Positions 46,710-56,305 of a DNA stretch of 64,000 nucleotides are shown piece after piece. The DNA lies in the NCBI GenBank assembly GCA_041660105.1, contig JBAZWZ010000004.1, forward strand, positions 176-64,175, read 5' to 3'. A program made the position numbers and the translations under genes. Source of the DNA: Minisyncoccota bacterium. Lineage in GTDB: Bacteria; Patescibacteriota; Minisyncoccia; Phycocordibacterales; UBA1550. Every line of letters begins with the position of its first letter. The stretch's first letter is position 1. A model generated the notes under the pieces. That model had not been told where the DNA came from and did no database searches. It worked only from the letters and a program-made list of their open reading frames with translations.

Positions 46710-47553
46710 TCCAACTATTTGGGCACAAATCATCATCATTTTTCAAAAAAGAGTTTCTCCAATCATTTGGACATATAATAATTGCTTCTTTGTGCTGATT
46801 AAGCATCGCCGCCCACCAAGAAAAAGATGAGTTTGCTATAATCGCATTTTTGCACTGTGCCATCAAAACAAGCTCCTCGTAATCCTTCAACCCGAGATCT
46901 GAGACATACACAACCCTACCACCAAGAAAACCAAGATTTTGTTTTGCCCATGAAACATCATCGGTGAAGACAAAATATTTCACATTCTTAAGTTTCTTTA
47001 AAACTATGTCATTCGCTCTTTCGTAATAAGAAATGTCGAGCACGCTTAGATCAGGGCCTGCATTTACATAATCGCCTCTTCGTATATGCAATGCAACTGA
47101 CTCAATATTTGAGAGCTCTTTTACTGCGTTATTAAACACGGAAGATGTGTCATCCTGTAAAGTGACTTCTTTCCTTAAATCCTCTATGCAAGGCTCTACA
47201 TAATGAAAGCTCTGCCAATATCCCTCTAGGTATGCCGAATCTACATCCTCCATTGAAGCAAGAAAATCCGACTCGTAGGAAATGTGATACTTTTTAAAAA
47301 CAAACTTATTGAGGGCTTTTTTAATTAAGTAAGTAAAAGTACCCTTGGTTTTCGCTATCTCATTATTATCCGCGATATTTACATCAATCTTAAATTTCTT
47401 CAAGAGAAGAGTTCTTGGAGTAACATTTTGCTGGTTATCAAATGAGGAAATATCATATTTGACCTCCTTGTTATATTCTTTTTCAATAGTCCTTCCAATT
47501 GCATACTGAAAAAGTTGGTTTCCAAGGCCTCCTTGTAATTTAATTATTATCAT
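46699..47553 (-). CDS. GT11-family alpha-1,2-fucosyltransferase
   Basis: N-terminal GGLGNQLFQYA motif, diagnostic of alpha-1,2-fucosyltransferases (FutC/WbgL-like); 284 aa. Confidence 0.85.
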   Translation of the reverse strand: MIIIKLQGGLGNQLFQYAIGRTIEKEYNKEVKYDISSFDNQQNVTPRTLLLKKFKIDVNIADNNEIAKTKGTFTYLIKKALNKFVFKKYHISYESDFLASMEDVDSAYLEGYWQSFHYVEPCIEDLRKEVTLQDDTSSVFNNAVKELSNIESVALHIRRGDYVNAGPDLSVLDISYYERANDIVLKKLKNVKYFVFTDDVSWAKQNLGFLGGRVVYVSDLGLKDYEELVLMAQCKNAIIANSSFSWWAAMLNQHKEAIIICPNDWRNSFLKNDDDLCPNSWIRA

Positions 47554-47559
47554 ATGAAA

Positions 47560-48309
47560 TTACTTTTTAACAAACCAGAAACAGCCGCAGCCGTAAATCT
47601 GTTTATCTGCAATTTCTTTTGTCGCGTCATATATCATACCAGTTTCTAAGGCATTATCTGGAATAAGCGAAAACTCTTTAAGAATGAGCTCTGGAAACAT
47701 TCCAATAACCATCTCATACGAGTATACACGATGTGCATTAAATTGAATTCTTGGAACACCCACAGGCACAACAAAAAGGAGATTACCACTCTTTGCAATA
47801 ACGCGAGAAAGTTCTTTAGCTGCAACCAAATCCCCTTCTGGGTCTATTTCGTCACCATAGCGACCAAGTCCCACATGCTCAACGGTATGCATACAAGAAA
47901 GAGAAGTTATTGAATCATTCTCAAAAGGCAAACTTAATAGATTCGCAGGTTTCGATATCAAATTCGATAAATTTAATTTAGCTGGTCGAAAATCATAAAA
48001 ACGAACTGTTTTAAATGCTGATACAATACCAGAAAAATACAAACTAGAAGAAATATCCACATGCTCCTTTGCGTCTATCTCTTTAACTTTTCGCGCAGCC
48101 CATGCAGTGTGATAAATATAATGAGTATCAAATCTTGTATAAGGTATATTTTCAAAAAGACACGGGAAAATGTCTAGAATAGAAATTTTAAACCTTTTTT
48201 GCTTATCTTTTGCCTTAAAAGAAACAAAGCTTCTAATGATGAGAGGAAGGAACAAGAATGATCTTATTGTAAAAACAAATCTTTTAACCCCGCGCAAGAA
48301 ATTAAACAT
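47560..48309 (-). CDS. Putative SAM-dependent methyltransferase (DUF268-like)
   Basis: Weak resemblance (SLSCMHTVEHVGLGRYGDEIDPEGDLVAAKELSRV) to the DUF268 putative methyltransferase family found in polysaccharide loci. Confidence 0.4.
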   Translation of the reverse strand: MFNFLRGVKRFVFTIRSFLFLPLIIRSFVSFKAKDKQKRFKISILDIFPCLFENIPYTRFDTHYIYHTAWAARKVKEIDAKEHVDISSSLYFSGIVSAFKTVRFYDFRPAKLNLSNLISKPANLLSLPFENDSITSLSCMHTVEHVGLGRYGDEIDPEGDLVAAKELSRVIAKSGNLLFVVPVGVPRIQFNAHRVYSYEMVIGMFPELILKEFSLIPDNALETGMIYDATKEIADKQIYGCGCFWFVKK

Positions 48310-48339
48310 ATCAAATTATATCAACAATAATTATCCGAT

Positions 48340-49275
48340 TTATTCTTTTGCTGGTTGTCCTTTAATAAACAACTCGGCTTGCTTTTGGTTTTCTGGGTGG
48401 ACAAAAAGTAGATTATCATATCGATAGCTTTCCTTATATTCATGCTTTTGCAAATATCCATCATTATCTATTTCATATCCAATATATCCATATTTTTTTA
48501 GGATTTCAATCGATTCCGTACAGTTTTTTGCCCACTCTTCATCTCCTCCCATCTCCAAAGTAACCAGAGGTTTAATATCTGTAAGGATATGCTGCATTGA
48601 TTGCAATATGAGATGTTCGGCCCCCTCTGCGTCTATTTTAATAAAGGTTGGTGAAACACCTTTATCTCTACAATAAGTATCGAGCGAAATCGCCTTGACC
48701 TTGATGCGATTAGCATCATCTAAAAACTTCATCTCTTCACTTGTTCGTGCTTTAAATGTGTTGAAAGCACTATACTTTGGTCCATAATCCACGAATTCTA
48801 TTTCAGTCTCCTTGTTTAGGACAGCATTATTATTTACCGTAATATTGCTTTTTTTTGATGCGTTTTCCTTTAGACTCTCAAATGTGCGCGGTGTTGGCTC
48901 AAAGCTATGCACCTGACCACTAGATTCAACAAGAGTGCTTGCAAGAATAGAGTAATAACCTACATGAGCTCCAACATCAAAAAATACATCTCCTTTTCTA
49001 AGGAAATTAATTAAAAAATTGGTAAGGTTTGCCTCCAGGAAACCATAGTAATAAATAGCGCTCCCCTCTGGCAAGTAAAACCTCATTGTATCTCCCCAGA
49101 GTGTCTTGTGGGTCACCTTAAAGGGGTGCAGATACGCAAAGCTTTGCAATATATAAAATGGGATTGTTCGTATTGGGTCTTTCAAAAGCCTCCTCATTCT
49201 ATGAGGCTGCAGCTTATAGAGCTCATATCTCTTGAGAACCATTTTTTTTAGATCTGCTCGTTGTTTTTCGTCCAT
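48340..49275 (-). CDS. FkbM-family methyltransferase
   Basis: FFDVGAHVGYYS...FEPTP...IKIDAEGAE motifs of Methyltransf_21/FkbM. Confidence 0.8.
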   Translation of the reverse strand: MDEKQRADLKKMVLKRYELYKLQPHRMRRLLKDPIRTIPFYILQSFAYLHPFKVTHKTLWGDTMRFYLPEGSAIYYYGFLEANLTNFLINFLRKGDVFFDVGAHVGYYSILASTLVESSGQVHSFEPTPRTFESLKENASKKSNITVNNNAVLNKETEIEFVDYGPKYSAFNTFKARTSEEMKFLDDANRIKVKAISLDTYCRDKGVSPTFIKIDAEGAEHLILQSMQHILTDIKPLVTLEMGGDEEWAKNCTESIEILKKYGYIGYEIDNDGYLQKHEYKESYRYDNLLFVHPENQKQAELFIKGQPAKE

Positions 49276-49407
49276 TTTTTTATTATATTAGTTTTAAGAA
49301 TAATAGCATATTTCTTTATATTTATATAATGCAACATATTGCGAATTTATCGTAAACTACGTTGAGGTGTATACTGATAAATATCGCTAATTATAAATTA
49401 GGGGTCC

Positions 49408-50094
49408 TTGGCGCAAACAATTATGAAATTAACTACATTTGACGAATTCCGTGCACAATTTCGTGATTTTTATCATTCTGTAAAAACGGGACACGAAAAT
49501 ACAAAAAAACAGTCTCATGGCGGTCACGGTATTGACCATGATATCACCGTAGCAATGATTGCTGTAAAAATATCTGACGACGAACGTATCGGACAAAAAG
49601 CTTGGTGCGCCGCTATGCTTCACTCTGTAGACCGCGTAGTGGGAGCATCCGACATCAAAGACACAATGATGAAGCACGCCGAGTACCTGAAACACTTCTT
49701 TAGTCAAAATGAGATAGACGAAATAATTGAAGCTGCATTTCGCCATTCCGAACGAAACCAGATAGATCAGAGCGAAACTCAAATTACATTAATGGACGCA
49801 GACAGACTTGCAAATATGCAGTCTGCAGTAATTATACGTTCTGGGCAATTTAGACCCGATATACCAGTTTTTGATTTTAAATATCTCTCGGGTGCGATAG
49901 ACCCCCTATCAACTTACGAAGATCCAAAAAGTGTAATTGATGATCTACGATTATGCATAATAAATTATATTCCACAGCTGAGAAATAAAGAAGCAAAGCA
50001 TCTTGGTAATATATACGCAGAGAAACTTAATGCCTATATTAGATCGATTGAGGACGAAAATGAGTATTTTGGCCTAACAAATATTGAGATATAA
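49408..50094 (+). CDS. HD-domain phosphohydrolase
   Basis: H...HD (GHGIDHDITVAM) ... H ... D (LMDADRLANM) metal-ligand pattern. Confidence 0.6.
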   Translation: MAQTIMKLTTFDEFRAQFRDFYHSVKTGHENTKKQSHGGHGIDHDITVAMIAVKISDDERIGQKAWCAAMLHSVDRVVGASDIKDTMMKHAEYLKHFFSQNEIDEIIEAAFRHSERNQIDQSETQITLMDADRLANMQSAVIIRSGQFRPDIPVFDFKYLSGAIDPLSTYEDPKSVIDDLRLCIINYIPQLRNKEAKHLGNIYAEKLNAYIRSIEDENEYFGLTNIEI

Positions 50095-50115
50095 AATAGC
50101 AACCTCAAAAGTATC

Positions 50116-50634
50116 GTGATTAAAGAAATTCTCGCATTTTTCATAAAATTTATCAATCCACATAAACCGCTTGGAACGGCGTTGTTTAATGCAGTTGCAA
50201 GAGTTAGCATATCTGTTGCTTTTGAAGCAGTAGCTTTGCGTAAAAACCCTATAAATGGCGAAACTGAAATCTACCTAATAATGCGAGTAAATGATTCTTC
50301 TTTCCCAGGACAATGGCATGTTCCTGGATCAATCTTAAGACCGAAAGAAGACGACGAGCATGTCTTTGCTCGTCTTGGTAATAAAGAATTTGGAGCAAAA
50401 ATTGTTAAATCAAAATTTATTGCAATAGTATCCTTTCCAGAAGAACCTCGTGGTCATATTATCTCTTTGGTATACAGCGTAGAACTAGACAAAGAACCTA
50501 CAGGTGGTGGCAAATGGTTCCCTGTTGACAAATTACCAACCAATTTGGTTCTCTATCATAAAGAATATATTATTCCTGTCGCAATTAATGAAGAGAATTT
50601 TGAAAGTGTTAGTATTAGAATATCAGGGATCTAA
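50116..50634 (+). CDS. Possible degenerate NUDIX-fold protein
   Basis: Weak Nudix-box-like segment GSILRPKEDDEHVFARLGNKEFGAKI. Low confidence. Confidence 0.35.
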   Translation: MIKEILAFFIKFINPHKPLGTALFNAVARVSISVAFEAVALRKNPINGETEIYLIMRVNDSSFPGQWHVPGSILRPKEDDEHVFARLGNKEFGAKIVKSKFIAIVSFPEEPRGHIISLVYSVELDKEPTGGGKWFPVDKLPTNLVLYHKEYIIPVAINEENFESVSIRISGI

Positions 50635-50674
50635 ATCAACCTCATAGCATAGTACGTAATAATATTTCAAGCGA

Positions 50675-51607
50675 CTATTTTGACATGTTGTCTATTTTAC
50701 TTATCTCGCTCTCTATCCCCTTCAGTGAGGAATATTCTGGTACATATCCAATCGTTCCAGCTTTTTTGTTTTTTGAATAATACACATTCTTTGATACTCC
50801 CGTAATGGGTTTCGGTATTTTGTTAATAACATATTTTAGTCCGTATTTTTTCTCTAAAAAAGAAAGGAGGGTGAGTTTTGAGATAGGAGCCTTGCTATAC
50901 ACATCAAAGAAATCATTTATCTTACCTTTCTTCATAACCTTCTTGATTAGAGAAAGTAGGTCTTTTGGAGTGATGTAATCTCTAACAATATTATTGTCAT
51001 CCGTTTTGAAAACTTTTTTGCTTTTCAGACAATCAACGATTTCCGAAATCATAAAATTTGGACTAACATCATAAAAACGGCTAAAAAATGCAAATACTCG
51101 CAAGTCAACAATATTTAGATTCGACAGCGACCTGTGCTTCGCTTCTGAATTCAATTTTGCAATGGCATACGATTCAGAAACATCAATGTTGTTGATATCC
51201 AAAACTGACTTCGTCTTACTACTTATTGATTTGTGGAAATTATCGCCATACACCGCTCCACTACTCATATTGATATATAGTGCTTTTGGATTTTTCAAAA
51301 GATACCTAATAACCATACTGTCGACTTCCTCAGTAGCACTAAAGACCTCTGATGGGTTCTGTTTCAAACTATTGAGACTTTTTATGCCAGTGCAGTTTAT
51401 AATCACATCGTAATTATATTTGTTAAATTCCCCGATTTCACAGATTTGAAAATTTATGTCTTTGGGATATTTTTTTACGATGGTGTGAACCTTACTTTTT
51501 GTTCGAGAAAACAAGAACAACTGAGACTTATCCTTTTCATCAAAAAACTCCCGGAGGAGTGACCTCCCGATATATCCCGTCGCTCCAAGTAAGGCTATTT
51601 TTTTCAT
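50675..51607 (-). CDS. NAD-dependent epimerase/dehydratase (extended SDR) family protein
   Basis: N-terminal LLGATGYIGRSL Rossmann motif; 310 aa. Confidence 0.75.
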   Translation of the reverse strand: MKKIALLGATGYIGRSLLREFFDEKDKSQLFLFSRTKSKVHTIVKKYPKDINFQICEIGEFNKYNYDVIINCTGIKSLNSLKQNPSEVFSATEEVDSMVIRYLLKNPKALYINMSSGAVYGDNFHKSISSKTKSVLDINNIDVSESYAIAKLNSEAKHRSLSNLNIVDLRVFAFFSRFYDVSPNFMISEIVDCLKSKKVFKTDDNNIVRDYITPKDLLSLIKKVMKKGKINDFFDVYSKAPISKLTLLSFLEKKYGLKYVINKIPKPITGVSKNVYYSKNKKAGTIGYVPEYSSLKGIESEISKIDNMSK

Positions 51608-51621
51608 AGTACAGGCAAAAA

Positions 51622-52254
51622 TTAATGTGTTTTTATGAAATCCAAAATTTCATTATACTCGCTTGCAAGCAAATCAGGATTTTCAACCTTAAGAACCTTT
51701 TCACTATGGAAACCCCAGGTTACAGCAATAGTAAGTATATTTGAATTTACCATCCTGGCTTCCTTAATATCACCCGTCGTATCAGTAATGAAAAAGACTT
51801 CCCCCCCTTTTTTATCCTTAAGTGTACTTTGGAAAAACAGGTTTTTGGGTTGGGAATTTTGTCCGATAATTTTGGTAAAATAATCCACTAACCCATAAGA
51901 TTCTAGAATATTTATAATCAATTCTCTTGGGGAGGAACTGACAATCCATAACTCTCCAAGATCTCTTGCTTTTACTACTAATTCTTTGGAAAAGCTAAAA
52001 AGCTTAACCTCCTGCGTGCGGTAATAACTAGGAAAAAGATCTGCTTTGATTTCAATGAGCCGTCGTTTTTCTTCTTCATTTAAATTCAGTAATATCGCTA
52101 GACGCTGGTTAATGTGTCCACCAAAACAAGACAGATATTCATCCATCGTCAATGTTTTATTGATTTGCGAGACAGCTTCCTTGTTCATTTTGAAAACCGT
52201 GTTAACAGAATCTGCCAACACTCCATCAAAATCAAAAATGATTACTTTGCTCAT
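51622..52254 (-). CDS. HAD-superfamily phosphatase
   Basis: IIFDFDGVLADS motif I; C-terminal D-containing motif. Confidence 0.75.
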   Translation of the reverse strand: MSKVIIFDFDGVLADSVNTVFKMNKEAVSQINKTLTMDEYLSCFGGHINQRLAILLNLNEEEKRRLIEIKADLFPSYYRTQEVKLFSFSKELVVKARDLGELWIVSSSPRELIINILESYGLVDYFTKIIGQNSQPKNLFFQSTLKDKKGGEVFFITDTTGDIKEARMVNSNILTIAVTWGFHSEKVLKVENPDLLASEYNEILDFIKTH

Positions 52255-52263
52255 GGGTAAGGT

Positions 52264-52797
52264 CTAGAATTCAGCTAACAAGGCTTTCATAAACATGCCT
52301 ATGTCGCGTGGATGACGAGACGTGATCATATTGCCATCAATTACAACTGGTTGATCTATGTATTCTGCTCCTGCATTTACAATGTCATCCTTTATTCCAA
52401 TATACCCTGTTGCTTTTTTCCCCCTAAGCAGCCCAGCTGAAATTAAAATCCACGGGCCATGGCAAAACGCAGCTACAATTTTCTTTTTCTTGTACATCTC
52501 CTGAACAAATTCTAAAACCTCTTTTATTTGACGAACACGGTCTGGGGCTTCAAAGCCACCAGGCAATAGTACCAAGTCATAGTCCTCAGCCCTTAATTTC
52601 TTTGCGTCCACTAGCCTACCATAATACTTAACCATAAGTTCTAGTGGAAAATTCATTCGACCCACCACTAGTTTTGCATCTTTTGTGGCAATGTCCACTT
52701 CAAAACCTTCCTCATGTAAACGCATAATTGGATACATAACTTCTTCGTCCTCGAACGCCTCTGCGGTAATAATTACAACTCTTTTATTTTTTTTCAT
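52264..52797 (-). CDS. DJ-1/PfpI-family protein (class I glutamine amidotransferase-like)
   Basis: AAFCHGPWIL nucleophile-elbow Cys; 177 aa. Confidence 0.8.
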   Translation of the reverse strand: MKKNKRVVIITAEAFEDEEVMYPIMRLHEEGFEVDIATKDAKLVVGRMNFPLELMVKYYGRLVDAKKLRAEDYDLVLLPGGFEAPDRVRQIKEVLEFVQEMYKKKKIVAAFCHGPWILISAGLLRGKKATGYIGIKDDIVNAGAEYIDQPVVIDGNMITSRHPRDIGMFMKALLAEF

Positions 52798-52846
52798 ATT
52801 TTAATATATTTATATTGTATGTTAATTCATCAGAATCTATTAGCGT

Positions 52847-54649
52847 TTACTCTTCCAGGGGTTTAATAAACATGTTACCTAAAAATTCTTGACGGTCCAA
52901 AAATGGGTACATGTCCTCCAGGGGTTTACTAACCATCGTGCCGTCTGCCAATTTCTCGGAAAAGACCTTGGGGAGCAGAGCCTGAGTGGGGGCCATTTTA
53001 ATATCACAAATTACTGGGCCGTCATAATTCAATGCCTGAAGAATTTTCTCCTCTACCTCGTCTTGATTTTCCATTTTAATATAGCCTAATCCAAATGTTT
53101 CGGCAACTTTTGAAAAAGGTGGAAAACTTACCCCAGACGTTGGGTCAACCGCGGCTAGATTGCCATTAAAAAAGGAATTTTGGGTATTTTTAATTGCTAG
53201 ATAGCCGTTATTGTTAAGCAAGAAAATTTTAACTGGTATTTTATAATGAGAAATTGTTTGTAATTCTTGAAGATTTAACATAATACTCCCATCCCCAGTA
53301 ATCAGGATAATCCGTTTTTTGCCAGTTGCAAACCAAGCTCCAATTGCGGAAGGCAAATCATAGCCCATAGAAGCACAACCGACACTGGAATGCAATCGCT
53401 GTCCTTTTTTTATTTTAAAAGCTTGGAGGGTCCCCGTAAAAGAAGTCCCAACGCCTGTCATTATAATCTCTCCTTCCTCCAATGTGCCAGAGAGAACCTT
53501 GGTGAAATAATACGAATTAACATAGTCTTTTTCATCTTTATATTCAGGAAGAACTACTGGGTATTTTCCCTTCCACTTTTGACAGCATTCAATCCATTCT
53601 TTTGTGTCCGCACTCAAAGATATTTGTTTATCCATTTCTTTTATAAATGCTTTTGCGTCAACATTAATAGATAAATCAGGAACAACTGTTTTTTTCTTTA
53701 ATTCCTCTATGTCGATGTCTACAACAACTTTCTTAGCACCTCGCGCGAATGCTGTATATGTGTATCCAATATTCCATAAATGATGACGGGCCCCTATACT
53801 AATTAACAAATCTGCGTTTTGGACAGTAAAATTTCCAGAGCGATCACCAAAAACACCTGGTCGTCCTATAAACAACGGACTATCTGAAGGGATTAGATCG
53901 TGTGCTGACATAGAAGTAAGCACGGGTATTTGCAGTTTTTCGGCGAGCGCTAAAAATTCTTGTTCTGCTTTCGCCAAACGAATACCATGCCCAGCGAGGA
54001 TAACTGGCCGCTTAGCCTCTTTAATCCAAGTTACAAGAGTTTCCACTTGCGATGACAAGCTGTTTCTATTCACTAGAAGCAGACCTTCCTCTTGTGCACT
54101 AAATTCCCTAAGATCACTCTCATCAACTTCCATAGCCTGGATATCCGATGGTATATCAAGGAGAACTGGGCCCGGTCGTCCATTTTTTGCCAAAAAAGTA
54201 GCTTTTTGTAGATGGTATTTGATATCGGCAACGTTTAGGACAACCTCAGAATACTTGGTTATGGGCCGCGCAATATCAGCGATGTTAATTTCTTGTACAC
54301 CAAGTTGGCGCAGATGGGTACCTGTTATCATATTGTCACGTTTAACCTGACCGCAGATATAGAGTGTGGCGATAGAATCTGTCCAAGCACCCATAATACC
54401 AGTGAGTGTATTTGTTGCGGCGGGGCCAACGGTTGTGATGCAGACACCAATGTTGCCACCTGTTCTTCCATAACTTTCAGCAGCCATTGCACAGGCCTGC
54501 TCGTGGTGATTACATACATATTTCAGCTTTGAACTATTCGCAATTGAGTTAACAAGGTGCATGTTAGCACCTCCTGGCATCAAAAAAATATGCCTAACAC
54601 CGAGTGCAGCAATGTAGTCAACTATCAAATCTGATACTTTTATTTTCAT
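52847..54649 (-). CDS. Thiamine-diphosphate-dependent enzyme of the acetolactate-synthase/YerE family
   Basis: 600 aa. N-terminal TPP-pyrimidine domain, central domain, and C-terminal TPP-binding GDG(x)24-27NN motif (ILITGDGSIMLNLQEL...LLNNNGY). Confidence 0.85.
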   Translation of the reverse strand: MKIKVSDLIVDYIAALGVRHIFLMPGGANMHLVNSIANSSKLKYVCNHHEQACAMAAESYGRTGGNIGVCITTVGPAATNTLTGIMGAWTDSIATLYICGQVKRDNMITGTHLRQLGVQEINIADIARPITKYSEVVLNVADIKYHLQKATFLAKNGRPGPVLLDIPSDIQAMEVDESDLREFSAQEEGLLLVNRNSLSSQVETLVTWIKEAKRPVILAGHGIRLAKAEQEFLALAEKLQIPVLTSMSAHDLIPSDSPLFIGRPGVFGDRSGNFTVQNADLLISIGARHHLWNIGYTYTAFARGAKKVVVDIDIEELKKKTVVPDLSINVDAKAFIKEMDKQISLSADTKEWIECCQKWKGKYPVVLPEYKDEKDYVNSYYFTKVLSGTLEEGEIIMTGVGTSFTGTLQAFKIKKGQRLHSSVGCASMGYDLPSAIGAWFATGKKRIILITGDGSIMLNLQELQTISHYKIPVKIFLLNNNGYLAIKNTQNSFFNGNLAAVDPTSGVSFPPFSKVAETFGLGYIKMENQDEVEEKILQALNYDGPVICDIKMAPTQALLPKVFSEKLADGTMVSKPLEDMYPFLDRQEFLGNMFIKPLEE

Positions 54650-54659
54650 AAATTATTAT

Positions 54660-55427
54660 CTAACCAACAATTAAACTAATGAATCCTTCTTTTGGAATAG
54701 AGTCAGTTTTTAAAGACCTGAGTAAATCTTTTGCCTCAGCAATCTCACCAATACCTAGTAATATTTGCCCTTCTTCATTCGTCAATTTATAATTCAACGG
54801 ACAAAATATTTTCCCTTTTTCTTGACTTATTTTTTCTTGAAGCTGTTCCAACGTAGTAAAATTACAAATCCTTATCACCCTGTCTTTTATCAACTTCTGA
54901 ACTTCCTCAGTTTCCTCTGCCTCATTATGAAAATCGCAGTAATGATAATTTTCAAGATTACGTGAAATAGACGCACCGCTCTCATAGCCAAGGGCCTCTC
55001 TTCCATATTCATCCTTGAGACGTACTAGGTCGCTCTTTTTTACTGGTGTTTCAATTTCCATAACAAATGAACCGTGAGTAGATACAGATTTTGTAGAATG
55101 AAAAACTCCGCGCTCAATAATAATGCCGTCCATACTTTTTAACATAAAAAGTGAGTCTAGCGATGAAGTTTCAACTTCTCCACCCAAAACCAAGAGGGAC
55201 GTCTTTTTTTTAGGATGGCAATGGGTTGAAGTCTTTGCTTTATGCTTCAGAAACAACACCCAGACAGCAACGTCCTTATTCTCGAACATTAAATACTCAT
55301 AACCCCAGGGCTTATCCACCACCACACATTTATAATCTACCTCTTCTTCTGAACATGGAACAACTGTACGTTCCAAAGACATATTAAAAAGATCTAGTTC
55401 GTTTGGAAAAATTTTTTTAATCATCAT
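54660..55427 (-). CDS. Cupin-domain protein
   Basis: KPWGYEY and STHCHPKKKTSLLVLGGEVE match cupin motif 1, G(x)5HxH(x)3-4E(x)6G. Start uncertain (55424-55463). Confidence 0.5.
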   Translation of the reverse strand: MMIKKIFPNELDLFNMSLERTVVPCSEEEVDYKCVVVDKPWGYEYLMFENKDVAVWVLFLKHKAKTSTHCHPKKKTSLLVLGGEVETSSLDSLFMLKSMDGIIIERGVFHSTKSVSTHGSFVMEIETPVKKSDLVRLKDEYGREALGYESGASISRNLENYHYCDFHNEAEETEEVQKLIKDRVIRICNFTTLEQLQEKISQEKGKIFCPLNYKLTNEEGQILLGIGEIAEAKDLLRSLKTDSIPKEGFISLIVG

Positions 55428-56208
55428 TATTTTTAAATAACCAAGATTCAGAATTTTCCTCAAATGACTTATTCAGTGATTTGCGCTCCCTGTCGTTGTC
55501 AACGCATTGCCAAAAACCACGGTGCTCAAATATGTTAATTTGATTATTGTTAACTAACTTTTCAAAAACCTCATTTTCCAAAATACATTCATTGTACGGA
55601 GTAAGATAATCAAATATTTTATTTTTTAAAACCATAAACCCTCCGTTTACTAATCCATTCTGGCTTTGTAATTTAGATATCCTTTTATACTCGACTGGGT
55701 TACCGTCCTTCATAATAAACTCACCATATCTAAATGGGGGGAAGATGCCACTGACCGTTGCAAGCTTACTCTGCTTTTTATGAAAACTAACCAACTTCTT
55801 GATGTCTATATCAGCCAAACAATCAGAATAAGCAAGCAAAAAGTCTTCCTCGCCTAAATATTTTTGACATCTAGACAAACGAGCCCCCGTGCCACTTTCT
55901 TCTCCAGTCTCTACAAAAGTAATTTTCCAATCTTCTTCTTGGTTTTGAGTATTGTAAGTTAATTTTGATTGACCAAGTGCCAATGTTAAATCATTAACAT
56001 TTTCATTGTAGTGCAAGAAGTAATCACGTATAATTTCTCCTCCTGAACCTAGTGCTAGGACAAATTCGTTGTATCCATATCCAGAGTATATTTTCATTAC
56101 GTGCCACAAAAGAGGCCTGTGCCCAATCTTTACCATACCTTTCGGTATAAAATCTAATGAGTCATCAAACCTAATTCCTTTTCCACCGCAAAGAATTGCA
56201 ACTTTCAT
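55417..56208 (-). CDS. Divergent sugar-1-phosphate nucleotidyltransferase paralog (RfbF-like, degenerate GGxGTRL motif)
   Basis: Colinear with the adjacent rfbF-like gene, but N-terminal CGGKGIRF replaces GGLGTRL, and SDCLADID replaces YGDGVADVD. Confidence 0.65.
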   Translation of the reverse strand: MKVAILCGGKGIRFDDSLDFIPKGMVKIGHRPLLWHVMKIYSGYGYNEFVLALGSGGEIIRDYFLHYNENVNDLTLALGQSKLTYNTQNQEEDWKITFVETGEESGTGARLSRCQKYLGEEDFLLAYSDCLADIDIKKLVSFHKKQSKLATVSGIFPPFRYGEFIMKDGNPVEYKRISKLQSQNGLVNGGFMVLKNKIFDYLTPYNECILENEVFEKLVNNNQINIFEHRGFWQCVDNDRERKSLNKSFEENSESWLFKNNDD

Positions 56209-56305
56209 AAAATACTTTTTATATGTTGCAACTATACAAAAAATGATGGGTCAAGTCAAATACATGTATTAGTTCACTACACCATTATAAATCACGAATT
56301 TTATA

